Program-made: the position numbers and the translations under genes
Part shown: positions 9,523-17,749 of the stretch, one piece after another
Numbering within the stretch: the stretch's first letter is position 1
How the letters are laid out: the number at the start of each line of letters is the position of its first letter
Notes under the pieces: model-generated
What the model was told of the DNA's origin: nothing
Databases searched by the model: none
Seen by the model: the letters and a program-made list of their open reading frames with translations, nothing else
IMG/VR virus record: IMGVR_UViG_3300045810_000006
Span: 1 to 25,324 of that record
Reading direction: 5' to 3' (one strand)
DNA: 25,324 nt
Source: a virus
Taxonomy: Duplodnaviria; Caudoviricetes

Positions 9523-9939
9523 TCATCCCGAACGTGGTTGCGGGATCAGCGCCTCTGGGTACTGGCGTTTGTCGTCACGCCAACGCTCCGCCTCGCGGAG
9601 GATTCCGGTCTTCCGGTGACATCGGGCAGGTGGGCCGAACAGGCTGAGTTTCCGTTCAGCATCCGGGCCCTGGCATTCAGATTTCGGGCCACCACACACA
9701 GGGCACCTGTAGACTGCGTCCCAGTATGCGAGAGCAAGCATCTTGTCGCGTTCCGGCAGAGACCATTCAGACTCCTGCCATGACTCCACGACACGACCAT
9801 TCTCGTCATGCCGGTACCGGGTGACCGGCTCCCAACCGAGGAATCGGCGGTGGGAGATTCCCAGCGAGCGAGCTACTTCGACTTCACGGCGGTGGGCCGG
9901 GTCCGCTTCCATTCGCTGGGCACGGTAGGGACCGTGTTC
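9523..9939 (-). CDS. Tail assembly chaperone, downstream (frameshift-extension, gpT-like) ORF
   Basis: -1 frame relative to the upstream chaperone and open from 9939. In-frame ATG at 9912 has no clear RBS. Contains CPVCG. Lies directly before the tape measure. Confidence 0.8.
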   Translation of the reverse strand, partial: EHGPYRAQRMEADPAHRREVEVARSLGISHRRFLGWEPVTRYRHDENGRVVESWQESEWSLPERDKMLALAYWDAVYRCPVCGGPKSECQGPDAERKLSLFGPPARCHRKTGILREAERWRDDKRQYPEALIPQPRSG

Positions 9940-10451
9940 TCACCGACGTTCAGGACTGCGACCTGCACAACGAAATCGTTCTGCTGCGAAGTGGACAGGT
10001 CAGCGGCGAACGTCGGCCAGTCGGCGGGCGTGAACTCCACGCTCTTCCCGTCGTGGTCTGCCACCTTCACGATGGTGCGCACCTCGGGGCGCGAGGGGTC
10101 CGTGTATGCGAGTGCTGCGCTGTAGAGCGTGTCCGTATTGAACCCGTACTGCTCATCAGTGTCGTTGTCCTCACGGGCAGGATGCTCGCTCACGAGCTGC
10201 TCCCACACATCACGGGGGAGCGCACGCAGTGTGAAGGTGACAGTCTCCTGCCGCTGCTTCTCCGCAAGATCCGCGATCTCCGCCTTGATATCCTCAAGCC
10301 GCTTCGTGTGCGGCGAGTTCAGGCGCGGATCAGCATTCGCGTCCATCTGCACCTGCTTGGACTCACGATCCAACGCCTCATACTGCGCGACAAGCGTCCC
10401 GTCCAGGCAAACAGCCACGTCACGCTCTGCACGTTTGATGGTCAGGCCCAT
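9873..10451 (-). CDS. Tail assembly chaperone (gpG-like)
   Basis: ATG 10451 with GGAGG RBS; 192 aa; FTLRALPRDVWEQLVSEHPAR motif. Between major tail protein and tape measure. Confidence 0.85.
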   Translation of the reverse strand: MGLTIKRAERDVAVCLDGTLVAQYEALDRESKQVQMDANADPRLNSPHTKRLEDIKAEIADLAEKQRQETVTFTLRALPRDVWEQLVSEHPAREDNDTDEQYGFNTDTLYSAALAYTDPSRPEVRTIVKVADHDGKSVEFTPADWPTFAADLSTSQQNDFVVQVAVLNVGENTVPTVPSEWKRTRPTAVKSK

Positions 10452-10467
10452 GATGGCCTCCGTTCTC

Positions 10468-10559
10468 GTGGGTGATGTGGGTTTGACCCCGTGCGTGCGC
10501 CACCCACATAGGACGCACGCACGGGGAACAGGTGGTGTGCCACGCATGACGTGGCACAC
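10468..10559 (-). promoter_or_regulatory. Structured intergenic element: hairpin plus probable H-type pseudoknot
   Basis: 10-bp stem 10535-10544/10550-10559 and perfect 13-bp stem 10487-10499/10514-10526. The loop of the latter (10502-10509) is complementary to 10475-10482. Confidence 0.65.
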
Positions 10560-10561
10560 GG

Positions 10562-11059
10562 TCAAGCAGCGACGACCGAATCAGTCGTCTTGCCGGTCAC
10601 GAAGAACTTCTGCTGCGTCTTCAGCACCGAGTTCGCCTCAGGTGCGACAGAGTTCTGAACGCCAGCCTTGATCGGCCACACCTTGACCTTCTGGTCGGCG
10701 GCGAACGCGGTATCGAAGGGAACGCCACGACGCTGCACGATGAACCCGACGACACCACGCACCAGCGTTTCCGCTGCAGCGTTCTGGTCGTCATCCGGCG
10801 AGTTGGTGTTGTCGATGTAGGTGCCCTCAAGCGAATGCTTGATGCGGCCCGGCTGCTCGAACGTCTCCGTGGAGCACAGGCGCTCATCCTCGATCTCGGA
10901 CTCATCCACCGACGGGGTGAACTCCGTGAGGTAGCAGCTGATATCCACGACGGACGCGGCGGTCAGTTCGGACAGCTTCGGAGCGGCAGTGTCGGCGATG
11001 GCCGGCACGAAGACGACCTTGACGTTGCCGTCAGCGGGGGTAGAGGGGATCTCACTCAT
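10562..11059 (-). CDS. Major tail (tube) protein
   Basis: 165 aa; ADGNVKVVFVPAIA...APKLSEL...DISCYL...DERLCS...PGR is a common actinophage tail tube pattern; position in the module. Confidence 0.88.
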   Translation of the reverse strand: MSEIPSTPADGNVKVVFVPAIADTAAPKLSELTAASVVDISCYLTEFTPSVDESEIEDERLCSTETFEQPGRIKHSLEGTYIDNTNSPDDDQNAAAETLVRGVVGFIVQRRGVPFDTAFAADQKVKVWPIKAGVQNSVAPEANSVLKTQQKFFVTGKTTDSVVAA

Positions 11060-11273
11060 GATGGGCTTCCTCCTTCTCCGCCGCCTTGACTGGCGACGGC
11101 TTGGTGTTCACCGCGTCCCGGGCGGGAGCGATGCTGTACTTGATCCGCCTCGGCGCCACGGATGGCGGGTAGGCGGGCTTGTTGACAAGGGACAGGCAGT
11201 CCCCGATCCGGCGGTCCGTTTCCGGTACGTCGAACTCGTGGCGCGTGTCCTTGTCCTTGACGCGCACGAACAT
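11052..11273 (-). CDS. Small hypothetical protein ahead of major tail protein
   Basis: 73 aa MFVRVKDKDTRHEFDV; AGGAGG RBS; overlaps the tail tube start. Confidence 0.75.
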   Translation of the reverse strand: MFVRVKDKDTRHEFDVPETDRRIGDCLSLVNKPAYPPSVAPRRIKYSIAPARDAVNTKPSPVKAAEKEEAHHE

Positions 11274-11294
11274 GCGCGCACCTCCTGTTTCCGG

Positions 11295-11342
11295 GCATGA
11301 GTAAGGCCCCCGTCGCGGATGCGACGAGGGCCTTACTCATGC
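11295..11342 (-). terminator. Long stem-loop (terminator-like or processing element)
   Basis: 22-bp inverted repeat GCATGAGTAAGGCCCTCGTCGC atcc GCGACGGGGGCCTTACTCATGC on the minus strand with one U-G pair. Immediately after the 11349 stop. Confidence 0.65.
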
Positions 11343-11348
11343 GGTTGT

Positions 11349-11729
11349 CTAGATGGGTTGCGGCAGCCGGAAATCCCGCTTGGTGTACCAGACCGGGAAT
11401 CCGTTGACGATCACGTCAGCGTCCTCCGTGATCCCCATCCCCGTGTCCACTTCCTCGACCCGCTGCCCGCTAACACGAGAGCCGTCCAACGAATCCAGGG
11501 ATGAGGAGATGGACCGAACCCCAACAGGCTCGTTGGACACCGCCGTGATGCGCCAACGGTTATCCGACCCATGTCGGGACCGTGCCAGAGAACGCGAGAT
11601 CGGACGCGGATTGATCGCACTCACCAGCACATACGCTGCAGGCGGTTTCGCGGGCACCTTCTCGTCGAAGACGACAACCGGGCCAACAATCCCAGACACG
11701 CGAGCAAGAAAGTCAGCATGAACTGTCAC
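11349..11729 (-). CDS. Tail terminator / tail completion protein
   Basis: 126 aa; VFDEKVPAKPPAAYVLV pattern; last connector gene before the tail tube; 4-nt overlap with upstream gene. Confidence 0.7.
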   Translation of the reverse strand: MTVHADFLARVSGIVGPVVVFDEKVPAKPPAAYVLVSAINPRPISRSLARSRHGSDNRWRITAVSNEPVGVRSISSSLDSLDGSRVSGQRVEEVDTGMGITEDADVIVNGFPVWYTKRDFRLPQPI

Positions 11730-12109
11730 AGCCCACCAACCTCCCTACCCATCAGCGCGTCAATCTGATCAGCGATGATCTCCGCCTCAGCACGCCACGG
11801 CCCCTCAAGGTCCACCGTGCCGCCGCCGCGAGACGTACCGAAGTACGCCACATTCGCCAGCGCGCCACCATGAGACCCCTTGTCAGGGCCAATCTCGTAA
11901 TCCACCGAACCGGCCCCAACCTTGCGGTCATAGTTCACTGAACCTGCGATGCCCCTGAAGTGACGCGACCCGGCAAGATCAGCATTCATCTGCTTCTTAA
12001 TCTCAACCGCGCCACGCTCCATCACCTCAGCGACCTTCGGCGTCAGATGCATCGCAACAACACCAAGATCCCGGGCATACCCGCGCAGTTCCTCAGCACC
12101 GTCACTCAT
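11726..12109 (-). CDS. HK97 gp10-like head-tail/neck protein
   Basis: ATG 12109 overlapping the upstream stop; YEIGPDK...LANVAYFGTS resembles the gp10-like EFGT motif region. Confidence 0.75.
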   Translation of the reverse strand: MSDGAEELRGYARDLGVVAMHLTPKVAEVMERGAVEIKKQMNADLAGSRHFRGIAGSVNYDRKVGAGSVDYEIGPDKGSHGGALANVAYFGTSRGGGTVDLEGPWRAEAEIIADQIDALMGREVGGL

Positions 12110-12534
12110 CGCGTCACCAAATCCGCAGACCAACGGTCAGCCGTTTTGAAGCGCCCTCGCGGCTTCTCCGACAGACGGAACGTCAGGCCAACCAGATCGG
12201 GGTCAAGATTGCACTCAAGGATCTCCACCTCATCATCTGGCAGACACTGAGACGACACCGGAAGGTGGATCATCTGCTGCTCCACCAGGTAGGCGTGACC
12301 GCCAACCGTGGGACTATCAGCAACGTTCGCGGACTGCCCCGACGTCACCTTGCAACGCCCACCGCCATCGTCAGGAACACCAGGCCCCCACACGGTCACA
12401 CGCGGATACCCAACAGACCCATCAGGCAAGACGACAGGATCGCCCGTGTCATCAATGCGCGTCACCTTGCATACGTCACCCATCAGGGCTTCAGCTGCAG
12501 CACGCCCTTCCATGACCACTGATGGCGCCGTCAT
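12106..12534 (-). CDS. Head-to-tail stopper (DUF6093-like)
   Basis: GRAAAEALMGDVCKVTR...GRCKV...IHLPV...DPDLVG pattern; ATGA overlap at 12531-12534. Confidence 0.8.
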   Translation of the reverse strand: MTAPSVVMEGRAAAEALMGDVCKVTRIDDTGDPVVLPDGSVGYPRVTVWGPGVPDDGGGRCKVTSGQSANVADSPTVGGHAYLVEQQMIHLPVSSQCLPDDEVEILECNLDPDLVGLTFRLSEKPRGRFKTADRWSADLVTR

Positions 12535-12965
12535 GAGTACGGCACCCACTGGTCAGGATGAACCCATGCACCATAACGATGACCAGGCTCACCATAGGAC
12601 CGAATCGTGAACGCCTCACCAGTCGACCCTGGCGCGAGTAGATCCCACTCATCATCAGACAAGTAGATCGCGCCGGCAGATGCTGTCGTGTCCACTGTCT
12701 CCGTGATGGAGTAGTCGTCAATCGACTCCGTACGCTGGCGTAGCCCCTTCGGGTTACGCAACACGCGGATGATTGCCGACGCGAACACTGCAGTCACCAC
12801 AGCAGCGGACAATGCACCAGACGCGATGCGCGCCGCAAGGTCCACACCCTTCGCCTCCACCAGAGCGACAAGGTCAGCCTCCCAGACCGCAACCTGTTCA
12901 GCTTCAGCAGCTGTGAGGGGGCGGCCAATGCGAGCAGCAACGTCGTCGGGGGTCACATACGGCAT
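12531..12965 (-). CDS. Head-to-tail adaptor (Gp19/Gp15/Gp42-like)
   Basis: MPYVTPDDVAARIGRPL...RVLRNPKG...ESIDDYS...YLSDDEWDLL; GAGGGGG RBS; follows the capsid gene. Confidence 0.85.
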   Translation of the reverse strand: MPYVTPDDVAARIGRPLTAAEAEQVAVWEADLVALVEAKGVDLAARIASGALSAAVVTAVFASAIIRVLRNPKGLRQRTESIDDYSITETVDTTASAGAIYLSDDEWDLLAPGSTGEAFTIRSYGEPGHRYGAWVHPDQWVPYS

Positions 12966-12979
12966 ATGACCGCCCCCTC

Positions 12980-13126
12980 TCAATCGGCTTTGGTAGAACG
13001 GCGTCCACGCGGCTTCGTCGCGGGCTTCACGGTCGGAGCATCGGTGAACCCGGCAGCCTTCAACTGCTCAGCCAGGTTCTCCGGTGCATCCACCGTCTTC
13101 CCGGTGTGCGGATTCACCAGCAGCAT
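12980..13126 (-). CDS. Small hypothetical protein (48 aa, not in ORF track)
   Basis: MLLVNPHTGKTVDAPENLAEQLKAAGFTDAPTVKPATKPRGRRSTKAD. ATG overlaps the capsid stop (TGATG) and the ORF fills the gap exactly. Confidence 0.8.
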   Translation of the reverse strand: MLLVNPHTGKTVDAPENLAEQLKAAGFTDAPTVKPATKPRGRRSTKAD

Positions 13127-14028
13127 CAGCCTTCGCCGCCTCCGGTTGCACCGTCGGTGAGCTTCACGAAGTGGGCCGCGTTCTTCACTGCGAACCCGAC
13201 CTCGATCTCAGCGCGGACGGCGAACATGTTGCGCTGCCACAGGTTCACCTGGGTACCACCCTTGTTCACGGTCGCGTTGTCAGTGATGTCCACCTTGATA
13301 CCCTCCACGGAACCCCAGAGTGCGGAGTTCGCGAAGTCACCAGCGAAGCCGATGACGTTCGGAGTGCCGGCAGCGTAGACGGCCTTGGACTTGAGAACGT
13401 CGCGACCGAAGATGGACCCGATGGCGCCGGAGTCGGTGCGAGCGTCACGCAGGAATGCGTAGTTGCCCTGGCCGTCCTTCGCGGTCATGATGCGGCCTTC
13501 GGCCTGCGGGGAGATCAGCCACTTGGTGACGTCAGCACCGGTCGCGCCAACGGCCGTCAGGACGTTGGCCAGATCGCCGATGGTGTCCGTGGCGTCCACG
13601 GTCACGGCAGTGCTGTTGGTCAGCACATCGAAGTTCGACCCCGGCGCCGTACCGTTCAGCACGGTCGCGTCGAACTTCGTGCCCAAGGCCTTCGGCAGGC
13701 GGCGAGCCAGCTCCGCATACACGGCGGTCAGATCACGGCGGAACTCATCAGAGAACAGCTCGATGACGGCCAGCTTGTACGGGGTGATGGACTTGCTGCC
13801 CAGGGTCGCCTGAGAAACCGGCTTCTCGGCGGTCTCAGCGACCCAGTCGGCCTCGGAGTCGCCCGTGATGATCGGGACGGTCACGCCGGAACCCGGCAGC
13901 GGGATCTGACGGGCAGCCTGCATGATCACAGACTCCTCGATAGCGTTGGCCCAGATCTCGGATGAGATCTGCTTCGGGAGCAGATCAGACGCACCAGCGG
14001 TGGTGCGGTTGGTGTCGATACCAGCCAT
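13126..14028 (-). CDS. Major capsid protein (HK97 fold)
   Basis: 300 aa; ADWVAETAEKP, PYKLAVIELFSDEF and NLWQRNMFAVRAEIEVGF motifs; AAGGAGG RBS; follows the scaffold. Confidence 0.95.
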   Translation of the reverse strand: MAGIDTNRTTAGASDLLPKQISSEIWANAIEESVIMQAARQIPLPGSGVTVPIITGDSEADWVAETAEKPVSQATLGSKSITPYKLAVIELFSDEFRRDLTAVYAELARRLPKALGTKFDATVLNGTAPGSNFDVLTNSTAVTVDATDTIGDLANVLTAVGATGADVTKWLISPQAEGRIMTAKDGQGNYAFLRDARTDSGAIGSIFGRDVLKSKAVYAAGTPNVIGFAGDFANSALWGSVEGIKVDITDNATVNKGGTQVNLWQRNMFAVRAEIEVGFAVKNAAHFVKLTDGATGGGEG

Positions 14029-14058
14029 GTTGGCCAGCCTCCTTCACAAAAGTGTTGG

Positions 14059-14550
14059 TCAGTTGAATCGACCCTCAGCGAACGCCGCGAACATGTCAGC
14101 GGTCGACTTCGGGCCATCCGAACCAGACGCGCCCTGCGTCAGATCCGGCTTCGGGGATGTCGGGGGACTCGTGAGGCGAGACAACAACGTGTCAGCCTGA
14201 GACGACAGCGATTCCTCATCGCCGCCGGTCATGAACTGCACCAGATCCGCAGGGACGCCCTTCGCGAGCGCCACCTCATTACGCAGGTTCTGGACTCGGA
14301 TCTGCGTCAACTCAGATTCGGCAGCTTGAGCCGCTTCCTGGGCCTTCTGCAGATCCGACTTGTCTCGGTCCTCGTACTCCTTGAGCTGGCGTTCCAGATC
14401 CTTACGGGCTTCCCGTTCGGCCTGCAGCGCACGCAGCCCCTCCGGCCTCAGCGACTCATCGTTCGACGCGTCGTTCGGCTTCTGGTCCTGCTGCTCGTCC
14501 GTTGGCGCCTGCTCGGTTGCGGGCACCTCAGTGTTCGTCGTCTCCGACAT
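14059..14550 (-). CDS. Capsid scaffolding protein
   Basis: ATG 14550 with GGAGG RBS; acidic N-terminus, coiled-coil (ALQAEREARKDLERQLKEYEDRDKSDLQKAQE), PKPDLTQG near the C-terminus. Confidence 0.88.
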   Translation of the reverse strand: MSETTNTEVPATEQAPTDEQQDQKPNDASNDESLRPEGLRALQAEREARKDLERQLKEYEDRDKSDLQKAQEAAQAAESELTQIRVQNLRNEVALAKGVPADLVQFMTGGDEESLSSQADTLLSRLTSPPTSPKPDLTQGASGSDGPKSTADMFAAFAEGRFN

Positions 14551-14614
14551 GATTTCCTCCATCGCGGAAAGAACCCCAAAGCCTCGCGCCAAGGGGAAGG
14601 AATGTGTGCCCGGC

Positions 14615-15766
14615 TCACTCGCCGGGCAAGTAGATCTCGCCACCACGGGCAAGGGTCTTGCGGTACGCGTCCTCGTAACGAGCCGCCTCAGCAGGTGTCA
14701 GTGTGCGACCAGACTGCGGATGACGACCCTGCTGCACTGCCTCCCAGTTCAGCCGCGCCGCCTGAACACGCTTCTGCGCTTCCGTCATCGTGTTCGCGTA
14801 GTTCACGCGCACCGAGCCGCCCAGCACGCCTGCTGGATCCTGCCCACCAGGGAGGATGTATCCGTACCGCTTGAGCATGCTCAACGTCTCAGCACGCGAC
14901 AAGCCCATCTGGTAAATACCCTCAGGCGTCAAACGAACCTTGCCGCGATTCATGCCGCCCCATACCGCACGCCTCGTCGTACCCGCCAACGTGGTCGTCC
15001 CATTCGCAGACATGCCACGCCGCGAGTTCACCACCTGGAAAATATCGCCACCATCACGGATCGCCTGCGCGCCAGCCTTCGTGAACAACCGATCCTGATC
15101 GTCCCCGTCCAGGCTCTTGAAGTACGCGTAAGGATCGGTGGTCGCATCACCCGCAATGTTCTCCATCGTGGGGATATGCGTGCAATCGCACCGAGGGTGC
15201 CTAAGGAACCCCTGATTGTGCCGGTAAAACTTGCCGGCCAACACCGCGCAGCGCGAGCACGACGGGGGATTCAGCATCCGCACATACCCGGTCCGTGGTC
15301 GAGTGAACGTGTCCACGCCTGCAGCAGACCTGCCAGCATCAGACACTGCAGTACCAGCACGCATCTCCACCAGGCCACCAGCCTGACGTAACGCACTCGC
15401 CGTATCGGCCCCCGTCTTGATCAGGTGCAATGCGCGGGCCGATCCACCCTGCAGGGCATCCTTCAGTGCGACACCAGAACCCGCATACCCACCGAACGCA
15501 GAAGGATCAACGAAAGCGTCCGGTGCGTCATACACGCCCTGATCCGCCAGGGCAGACGCGCCATAAGACGAAGCGCTCACAGCAGCCTCAACCTGCGCAG
15601 ACGAAACATCATCCACCAGCGCCGAAGCAGACAGGATCGCAGCCCACGAATCAGCGATATGCGCCGGATCCACCAGCGCCCACGTGCGACGCGCCCTCAA
15701 CTGCGCTGCAGCTTTCAAACGCTGCACCCGCATGTAATGACGCACGGCAGACTCAGGGGCAACCAT
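14615..15766 (-). CDS. MuF-like minor head / capsid maturation protein
   Basis: 383 aa; GYVRMLNPPSCSRCAVLAG...FLRHPRCDCTHIP Cys/His motif; between portal and scaffold. Confidence 0.8.
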   Translation of the reverse strand: MVAPESAVRHYMRVQRLKAAAQLRARRTWALVDPAHIADSWAAILSASALVDDVSSAQVEAAVSASSYGASALADQGVYDAPDAFVDPSAFGGYAGSGVALKDALQGGSARALHLIKTGADTASALRQAGGLVEMRAGTAVSDAGRSAAGVDTFTRPRTGYVRMLNPPSCSRCAVLAGKFYRHNQGFLRHPRCDCTHIPTMENIAGDATTDPYAYFKSLDGDDQDRLFTKAGAQAIRDGGDIFQVVNSRRGMSANGTTTLAGTTRRAVWGGMNRGKVRLTPEGIYQMGLSRAETLSMLKRYGYILPGGQDPAGVLGGSVRVNYANTMTEAQKRVQAARLNWEAVQQGRHPQSGRTLTPAEAARYEDAYRKTLARGGEIYLPGE

Positions 15767-17118
15767 CAGGACTCACCAGCATCAACCGGCGGATCCTCCT
15801 TCAGCAGAGAACCAAACGCGCTAGCCGCCTCATCCGCGAAGTACCCGTCATAGCGGTCAATCTTCGGGTCAGAGAAACCCAGTTCCTCCAACGCGCCACG
15901 ACGCGGCAGAAGACCCTGACCATTCGCGTACATCTTCGTCAGAGCATCAGCGCGCTGCGCATACGTTGGCGTACCAGCGTCGAACCACTCAGTCTTGATG
16001 CGCGAACCATCAACCCACTCACCAGTGCGGAACCGCTCATACAGCCCCATCACCCAACCCCAGCCATCTCCCCACTCCGCCTGATGATTCTCCACGTTCA
16101 ACACCAGGCGCGACTCATAGGCGCGAATCGCGCCCTCTGCTGCAGGATTGACCGTCGTGATACCGAAGTACGTTGGCGGGAGACCAGTCACCGACGACGC
16201 CAGCTGCGCGTAATGCGTCACCGTGTCATGGAAGTTCTTCAGGTCAGACGCACTGAACTGCCCCAGCTTCGCATCCTTGTTCTTCGACGCCCAGATCGCA
16301 TTGAAGTACGCCTGCCAACGCGGGATCTGATTGCCGTCCTTGTCAACAAAGTCCGCCGAATCGACACCCAATGCCCACTTCTGCGGCACCGAATGGGTCT
16401 CAGCGGCCAACTGCAGATTCGTCAACGCACGAGCAGCAGCATCAGCGAGAGGCTTCACATCCTCGAACTCAGACACGCCATCCCATGAACCAAGACGCCG
16501 GCGGTTCAAGAACATCACCAACGGCACACGGCCCAACCGGTGACGGTCAACATCCACGACCTGCCAGCCATGAGAACCCTTCTCAAGCCAACGTGTCTCA
16601 TCCGGCAGGTACAAGGTTGCGTACTTCGCGGACCCGCTCTCATCATCACCGTAGAACCGTGCGGCACGACGTATCCGACGATGTCGGCGGTCAATATCCA
16701 CCGCCAGTTCACGAGCCGACTCCACCTGAATCAGCGGGTGCTCCGGATCTTCCTCATTTGACCCCACGGACACGAACCCGCGCCCCACGATCAACGACTC
16801 CTTGTGGTGTACGTTCGACTCAGAGTCAAGGTTGTTCGCGTCCCAGCCCTCACGCAGCGCCTCAGATGCCTTATCCTCACCCGGCATGTAAAACGCCCGC
16901 ATCTTCAGACGGTCAGCGACACTATCTGCTGTTGTGCGGCACCAGTTCGCCCACGTGTAGAACCGGCGCAGATCCGGCGGAACCGCCAAACCCATCACTG
17001 GCAGATCCCACGTCCCCTCGTAATACCGAGAGTTCTCGCTGTCGCCAGCAAACGTACCCGAGAGCTTCGACTGCAGGCCCTCAAGCATGGCACGGTCTTC
17101 ACTGCCAAGAACCGCCAT
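15766..17118 (-). CDS. Portal protein (SPP1 Gp6-like)
   Basis: ATG 17118 with GGAGG RBS; RYYEG, NWCRTTADSVADRL, WDANNLD, HRLGRVPLVMFLN motifs; follows the terminase. Confidence 0.93.
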   Translation of the reverse strand: MAVLGSEDRAMLEGLQSKLSGTFAGDSENSRYYEGTWDLPVMGLAVPPDLRRFYTWANWCRTTADSVADRLKMRAFYMPGEDKASEALREGWDANNLDSESNVHHKESLIVGRGFVSVGSNEEDPEHPLIQVESARELAVDIDRRHRRIRRAARFYGDDESGSAKYATLYLPDETRWLEKGSHGWQVVDVDRHRLGRVPLVMFLNRRRLGSWDGVSEFEDVKPLADAAARALTNLQLAAETHSVPQKWALGVDSADFVDKDGNQIPRWQAYFNAIWASKNKDAKLGQFSASDLKNFHDTVTHYAQLASSVTGLPPTYFGITTVNPAAEGAIRAYESRLVLNVENHQAEWGDGWGWVMGLYERFRTGEWVDGSRIKTEWFDAGTPTYAQRADALTKMYANGQGLLPRRGALEELGFSDPKIDRYDGYFADEAASAFGSLLKEDPPVDAGES

Positions 17119-17134
17119 GTGCGCCTCCAATCAT

Positions 17135-17749
17135 TCACAGACAGAACATGCGCGTATCTGCCTCCACGCCCCACCCTGCAGCGTGCGCGTCTGACGCTGC
17201 CTCATGCGCAAGGATGCGCGACATGGCAACGTCGATCTTCTGATGTTGAGTCGGTTTCCCGAGAATGTACTTCTGACCCGGCTTCGCGATCTTCCGAGCA
17301 TTCGCAAACGCCATCGCCGCCAATGGGCAACCGTCATGAGTGATGCGCTGATGCGTCAGATCCGTCTGGAACCTCACCAGCGCGTCATACATCCGTGAGA
17401 TAGACCCGGTCTTCCACTGGAAAACCCGGTCATCCCCATACGACACAGCCCACGAATCAATCTCCGTGTACCAGCCGTGCGGGTCACAGTAGAACCGTTT
17501 GACCTTGAACCGCTCGAACAGCTCGTCCACCGCAGCGTCAACCTCGCCGCGAGGGATCTCACCGCCCCACTCCTCCGGGTTCCAGATGGTCGGGCGCCGG
17601 TCAGGGCCATAGCGTGGCGTGAACGTGAACCCGTCGATGGTCTCACCTTGAATCGCGGTGTGATCGTCATTCTCACTGCCATCGATTCCGAGACAGATCT
17701 GCGTGCCGTCGTCAGGCTGAGGCAGCCATTCCACCTGCGTAAGCTGCAT
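17135..17749 (-). CDS. Terminase large subunit, nuclease (RNase H-like) domain ORF
   Basis: ICLGIDGSENDDHTAI, FYCDP and KIDVAM acidic motifs of TerL nucleases. Start is uncertain (ATG 17761, ATG 17749 or GTG 17734). Overlaps the ATPase ORF in the +1 frame. Confidence 0.85.
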   Translation of the reverse strand: MQLTQVEWLPQPDDGTQICLGIDGSENDDHTAIQGETIDGFTFTPRYGPDRRPTIWNPEEWGGEIPRGEVDAAVDELFERFKVKRFYCDPHGWYTEIDSWAVSYGDDRVFQWKTGSISRMYDALVRFQTDLTHQRITHDGCPLAAMAFANARKIAKPGQKYILGKPTQHQKIDVAMSRILAHEAASDAHAAGWGVEADTRMFCL

